The position numbers and the translations under genes were made by a program. Positions 60,401-64,000 of a DNA stretch of 64,000 bases are shown one piece after another; position 1 is the stretch's first letter; the number at the start of each line of letters is the position of its first letter. The notes under the pieces were generated by a model. It saw nothing but the letters and a program-made list of their open reading frames with translations, was not told the origin of the DNA and made no database searches. The stretch is from Alphaproteobacteria bacterium. Lineage in GTDB: Bacteria; Pseudomonadota; Alphaproteobacteria; Bin95. Where the stretch lies: positions 2,624,001-2,688,000 of the forward strand of contig CBDBGH010000003.1 in the NCBI GenBank assembly GCA_965205265.1, written 5' to 3'.

Positions 60401-61176
60401 GCGAGGAGGACAAGCTGCGCTTCCGCGACCTGCAGGCGCAGCCGCGCAAGATCATCTCCTCGCCCACATGGTCCGGGGTCGAGGCGGAGCATGTCACCTA
60501 CACCGCTGGCTACACCAATGTGCACGAGCTGATCCCCTGGCGCACGCTCAGCGGCCGCCAGCAGCTCTACCAGGACCACCTCTGGATGCGCGCCTTCGGC
60601 GAGCAGCTCTGCGTCTACAAGCCGCCCGTCGACACCAAAACCATCGAGCCGCTGATCGGCGAGAAGGACAATGGCAGCCCGCAGGTGGTGCTGAACTTCA
60701 TCACCCCGCACCAGAAATGGGGCATCCACAGCACCTATACCGACAACCTGCTGATGCTCACCCTCTCGCGCGGCGGGCCGATCGTCTGGGTGAGCGAGAC
60801 CGACGCCCGCAAGATCGGCGTCGAGGACAATGACTGGATCGAGGCCTACAACGCGAACGGCGCGCTCGTGGCCCGCGCGGTCGTCAGCCAGCGCGTGCCG
60901 GAGGGCATGACCCTGATGTACCACGCCCAGGAGAAGATCGTGAACGTGCCGGCAAGCGAAGTGACCGGCGCGCGCGGCGGCATCCACAACTCCGTCACCC
61001 GCGCAACGGTCAAGCCCACCCATATGGTCGGCGGCTACGCCCAGCAGTCCTACGGCTTCAACTATTACGGCACCGTCGGTTCGAACCGCGACGAATTCGT
61101 GATCGTGCGCAAGATGCAGACGGTGGACTGGAAGGAAGGGCCCTTACGGACCTCGGCGATGGAGGCAGCGGAATGA
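57433..61176 (+). pseudogene. narG: Respiratory nitrate reductase alpha subunit, interrupted by an in-frame TGA at 57916-57918
   Basis: [25 protein letters not shown]; GGFVRSD*EEVNE continues in the same frame; SFYDWYCDLP, TPHQKWGIHS, YYGTVGSNRDE. Confidence 0.9.
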
Positions 61177-62717
61177 AGATACGCGCACAGATCGGCAAGG
61201 TGCTCAACCTCGACAAGTGCATCGGCTGCCACACCTGCTCGGTAACCTGCAAGAACGTCTGGACCAGCCGCGAGGGCATGGAATACGCCTGGTTCAACAA
61301 TGTCGAGACCAAGCCCGGCGTCGGCTATCCCAAAGAGTGGGAGAACCAGGAGGTCTGGAACGGCGGCTGGGTGCGCAAGAAGAACGGCCGCATCGCGCCG
61401 AAGATGGGCGGCAAGCTGCGCATTCTGGCGAAGATTTTCGCCAACCCCGACATGCCGCAGATCGACGACTATTACGAGCCCTTCACCTTCGACTACGAAC
61501 ATCTGCACAACGCGCCGGAGTCCGAAACGGCACCGACGGCGCGCCCGCGTTCGCTCATCAGCGGCGAGCGCATGGAGAAGATCGAGTGGGGGCCGAACTG
61601 GGAGGAAATCCTGGGCGGCGAATTCTCCAAGCGCAGCAGGGACGTGAATTTCGAAGCGGTCGAGAAGGAGGTTTACGGCCAGTTCGAAAACACCTTCATG
61701 ATGTATCTGCCGCGCCTTTGCGAGCACTGCCTGAACCCGACCTGCGTGGCGGCCTGCCCCTCGGGCGCGATCTACAAGCGGGAGGAGGACGGCATCGTCC
61801 TGATCGACCAGGACAAGTGCCGCGGCTGGCGCATGTGCGTCTCGGGCTGCCCCTACAAGAAGATCTATTACAACTGGCGGTCCGGAAAGTCGGAGAAGTG
61901 CATCTTCTGCTACCCGCGCATCGAGGCGGGCCAGCCGACCGTCTGTTCGGAGACCTGCGTCGGGCGTATCCGCTATCTCGGCGTGCTGCTCTACGACGCC
62001 GACCGGATCGAGTCCGCTGCCGCGGCGGAGGACCCCAAGGACCTCTACCAGGCGCAGCTCGACATCTTCCTCGATCCCTTCGATCCGGAGGTCATCCGCC
62101 AGGCGCGCGCCGACGGGGTGCCGCAATCCTGGCTGGACGCGGCGCAGCGCTCCCCCGTTTACCGCATGGCGATGGACTGGAAGGTCGCCTTCCCGCTGCA
62201 CCCGGAGTACCGGACGCTGCCGATGGTCTGGTACGTGCCTCCGCTCTCGCCGATCCAGTCGGCGGCGGAAGCGGGCGCGCTCGGTTCCGAAGGGCTCATC
62301 CCGGACGTCTCGCAGCTGCGCATCCCGCTCCGTTACCTCGCCAACATGCTGACCGCGGGCGACGAGGCGCCGGTGAAGCTCGGCCTGGAGCGGATGCTGG
62401 CGATGCGCGTCTTCATGCGCGCCCGGCATGTCGAGGGCACGCGCGCGCTGGAGGCGCTGGAGCAGGTCGGGCTGACCGAGGCCGCCGTCGAGGACATGTA
62501 CCGGACCATGGCGATCGCCAACTACGAAGACAGGTTCGTGATCCCGACCAGCCACCGCGAATATGCCGAGGAGGCGTTCGACCTCCGGGGCGAATGCGGC
62601 TTCAGCTTCGGCGACGGCTGCAGCGGCGGCGGCGGCAAGCTCGACCTGTTCAGCCACGATGTGCGCGTCGGCCCCTCCGCCGGCGGCAGGTCGGACAGGG
62701 CGGCCGCCGGGCGATGA
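61173..62717 (+). CDS. narH: Respiratory nitrate reductase beta subunit
   Basis: LNLDKCIGCHTCSVTCK, LCEHCLNP.C, CRGWRMC, KCIFCYPR. Confidence 0.96.
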   Translation: MKIRAQIGKVLNLDKCIGCHTCSVTCKNVWTSREGMEYAWFNNVETKPGVGYPKEWENQEVWNGGWVRKKNGRIAPKMGGKLRILAKIFANPDMPQIDDYYEPFTFDYEHLHNAPESETAPTARPRSLISGERMEKIEWGPNWEEILGGEFSKRSRDVNFEAVEKEVYGQFENTFMMYLPRLCEHCLNPTCVAACPSGAIYKREEDGIVLIDQDKCRGWRMCVSGCPYKKIYYNWRSGKSEKCIFCYPRIEAGQPTVCSETCVGRIRYLGVLLYDADRIESAAAAEDPKDLYQAQLDIFLDPFDPEVIRQARADGVPQSWLDAAQRSPVYRMAMDWKVAFPLHPEYRTLPMVWYVPPLSPIQSAAEAGALGSEGLIPDVSQLRIPLRYLANMLTAGDEAPVKLGLERMLAMRVFMRARHVEGTRALEALEQVGLTEAAVEDMYRTMAIANYEDRFVIPTSHREYAEEAFDLRGECGFSFGDGCSGGGGKLDLFSHDVRVGPSAGGRSDRAAAGR

Positions 62718-63418
62718 TGATCTACCGGGCCCTCGGCGCGCTGCTGCAATACCCGACCCCGGAGCTGGTCGGGGCGGCGGGCGACATCGCGGCGCTGGTC
62801 GAGTGCGAGCGGACGCTGTCGAAATCGACCCGCGCGGCGATAGGCCGGATGGCCGCGAAGCTGACGCTTGAGGAACCGCTGGCCGCCCAAGAGGCCTATG
62901 TCGGCCTGTTCGACCGGTCGCGCAGCCTGTCGCTACACCTGTTCGAGCATATCCACGGCGAGTCCCGCGACCGCGGCCAGGCGATGGTCAATCTCGCGGC
63001 CCATTACGAGGCGCATGGCTACAGCATCGGCGCCAACGAGTTGCCGGACTATCTGCCGCTCTTCCTGGAGTTTCTGTCCCTCGTCGAGCCGAAGGAGGCC
63101 GCCGGGCTGCTCGGGGATGTCGTCCACATCCTCGCCGCCATCCGCGTCCGGCTGGAGCGGCGGGACAGCGACTATGCCGGCGTCTTCAAGGCGCTGGAGG
63201 AATTGGCCGCCCGGAAACCCGACCGGGCTTCGGTGGACTCCCTGCTGCAGCACGACAAGTCCCGGGAAGAGGAAGCGGCGGCGCTCGACAGGGAATGGGA
63301 GGAGGCGCCGGCCTTCGGCGGCGCGCCGGACGGCGGCTGCGTTGCGGCCCGCGACGTCCTCAACCGCATGGCCGAACTGGCGGCCGCCCCGCGCCCGCCC
63401 GGACAAGACGGAGCATGA
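62714..63418 (+). CDS. narJ: Nitrate reductase molybdenum cofactor assembly chaperone
   Basis: LLQYP, YV.LFDR....SLHLFEHIHGESRDRGQAM, ELPDYLPLFLEF. Confidence 0.94.
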   Translation: MMIYRALGALLQYPTPELVGAAGDIAALVECERTLSKSTRAAIGRMAAKLTLEEPLAAQEAYVGLFDRSRSLSLHLFEHIHGESRDRGQAMVNLAAHYEAHGYSIGANELPDYLPLFLEFLSLVEPKEAAGLLGDVVHILAAIRVRLERRDSDYAGVFKALEELAARKPDRASVDSLLQHDKSREEEAAALDREWEEAPAFGGAPDGGCVAARDVLNRMAELAAAPRPPGQDGA

Positions 63419-63421
63419 CCC

Positions 63422-64000
63422 ATGGCTGACTGGTTCCACATCCTCGTCTTCGGCTACTACCCCTATCTGGCGGCGACGGTGTTCCTGGCGGGCAGCCTGA
63501 TCCGCTTCGACCGGGAGCAGTACACCTGGCGCAGCGGGTCGAGCCAATTGCTGCGCCGCCGCCAGCTCATCTGGGGCAGCGTGCTGTTCCATGTGGGCAT
63601 CCTGCTGCTCTTCCTCGGCCATTTCGTCGGCCTGCTGACGCCCAAGGAGATCTACCACGCCCTCGGCATGAGCTCCGGCGTCAAGCAGGTGCTCGCCATC
63701 ACCGCCGGCGGCATCTTCGGCATCGTGTGCTTCGTCGGCCTCACCATGCTGCTCCACCGCCGGATGTTCGACCCGCGCATCCGCGCCACCTCGAGCGCTA
63801 TGGACATCGCGATCCTGATGCTGCTCTGGGTCCAGCTGGTGCTCGGCCTCGCGAGCCTGCCCTTCTCCTGGGCGCACAGGGAGGGCGGCGAGGTCATGGT
63901 CCAGCTCTCGCTCTGGGCGCAGAAGATCGTCACCTTCCAGGCCGATGCGGCGGCCTATGCGGCGGGCGTCCACTGGGTTTACAAGGCGCATATCTTCCTC
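63422..64000 (+). CDS. narI: Respiratory nitrate reductase gamma subunit; 3' end lies outside the window
   Basis: Translated by hand: YPYLA...G..IRFDREQYTWRSGSSQLL...LFHVGI....GH..GLLTP. Confidence 0.93.
   Translation, partial: MADWFHILVFGYYPYLAATVFLAGSLIRFDREQYTWRSGSSQLLRRRQLIWGSVLFHVGILLLFLGHFVGLLTPKEIYHALGMSSGVKQVLAITAGGIFGIVCFVGLTMLLHRRMFDPRIRATSSAMDIAILMLLWVQLVLGLASLPFSWAHREGGEVMVQLSLWAQKIVTFQADAAAYAAGVHWVYKAHIFL

Noticed and set aside
57370-61023. 1217-aa antisense ORF opposite narG, and similar long shadow ORFs such as 21572-24469, 46870-49983, 32296-34626 and 1458-3590
   Set aside because: They mirror well-supported genes on the other strand. Stop-poor antisense frames are expected at this GC content and codon bias, and they contain no recognisable motifs.

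Overview
High-GC bacterial chromosomal DNA. The gene complement suggests an alphaproteobacterium; that is inference only. About 55 genes, mostly metabolic. They include an acyl-CoA synthetase/PanE-like pair resembling oxalate assimilation, a BVMO/esterase pair, rmuC plus a class III cyclase, a complete Tat-exported Cys-type formate dehydrogenase cluster, an ATP-grasp/alpha-E plus transglutaminase pair, iorAB-like molybdoenzyme genes, nudC and a narK-narK-narGHJI operon. Most notable: (1) The nar operon is hit twice. An IS1634-family element with 16-bp terminal inverted repeats and a perfect 51-bp target duplication separates an FNR-box promoter from narK, and narG has an in-frame TGA at a conserved Trp. 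(2) A periplasmic three-gene operon encodes a Tat amidohydrolase, a His/Met-rich YtkA-like protein and a di-heme enzyme with the MauG-type Tyr ligand. (3) A Rieske/small protein/amidohydrolase-fold trio has dinuclear-oxygenase ligands. (4) A GH3 amido-synthetase is paired with an Ntn acylase. (5) An AbiEii-like nucleotidyltransferase islet has its partner downstream. No rRNA, tRNA or CRISPR array was seen. All calls come from motif recognition by eye; no searches were run.
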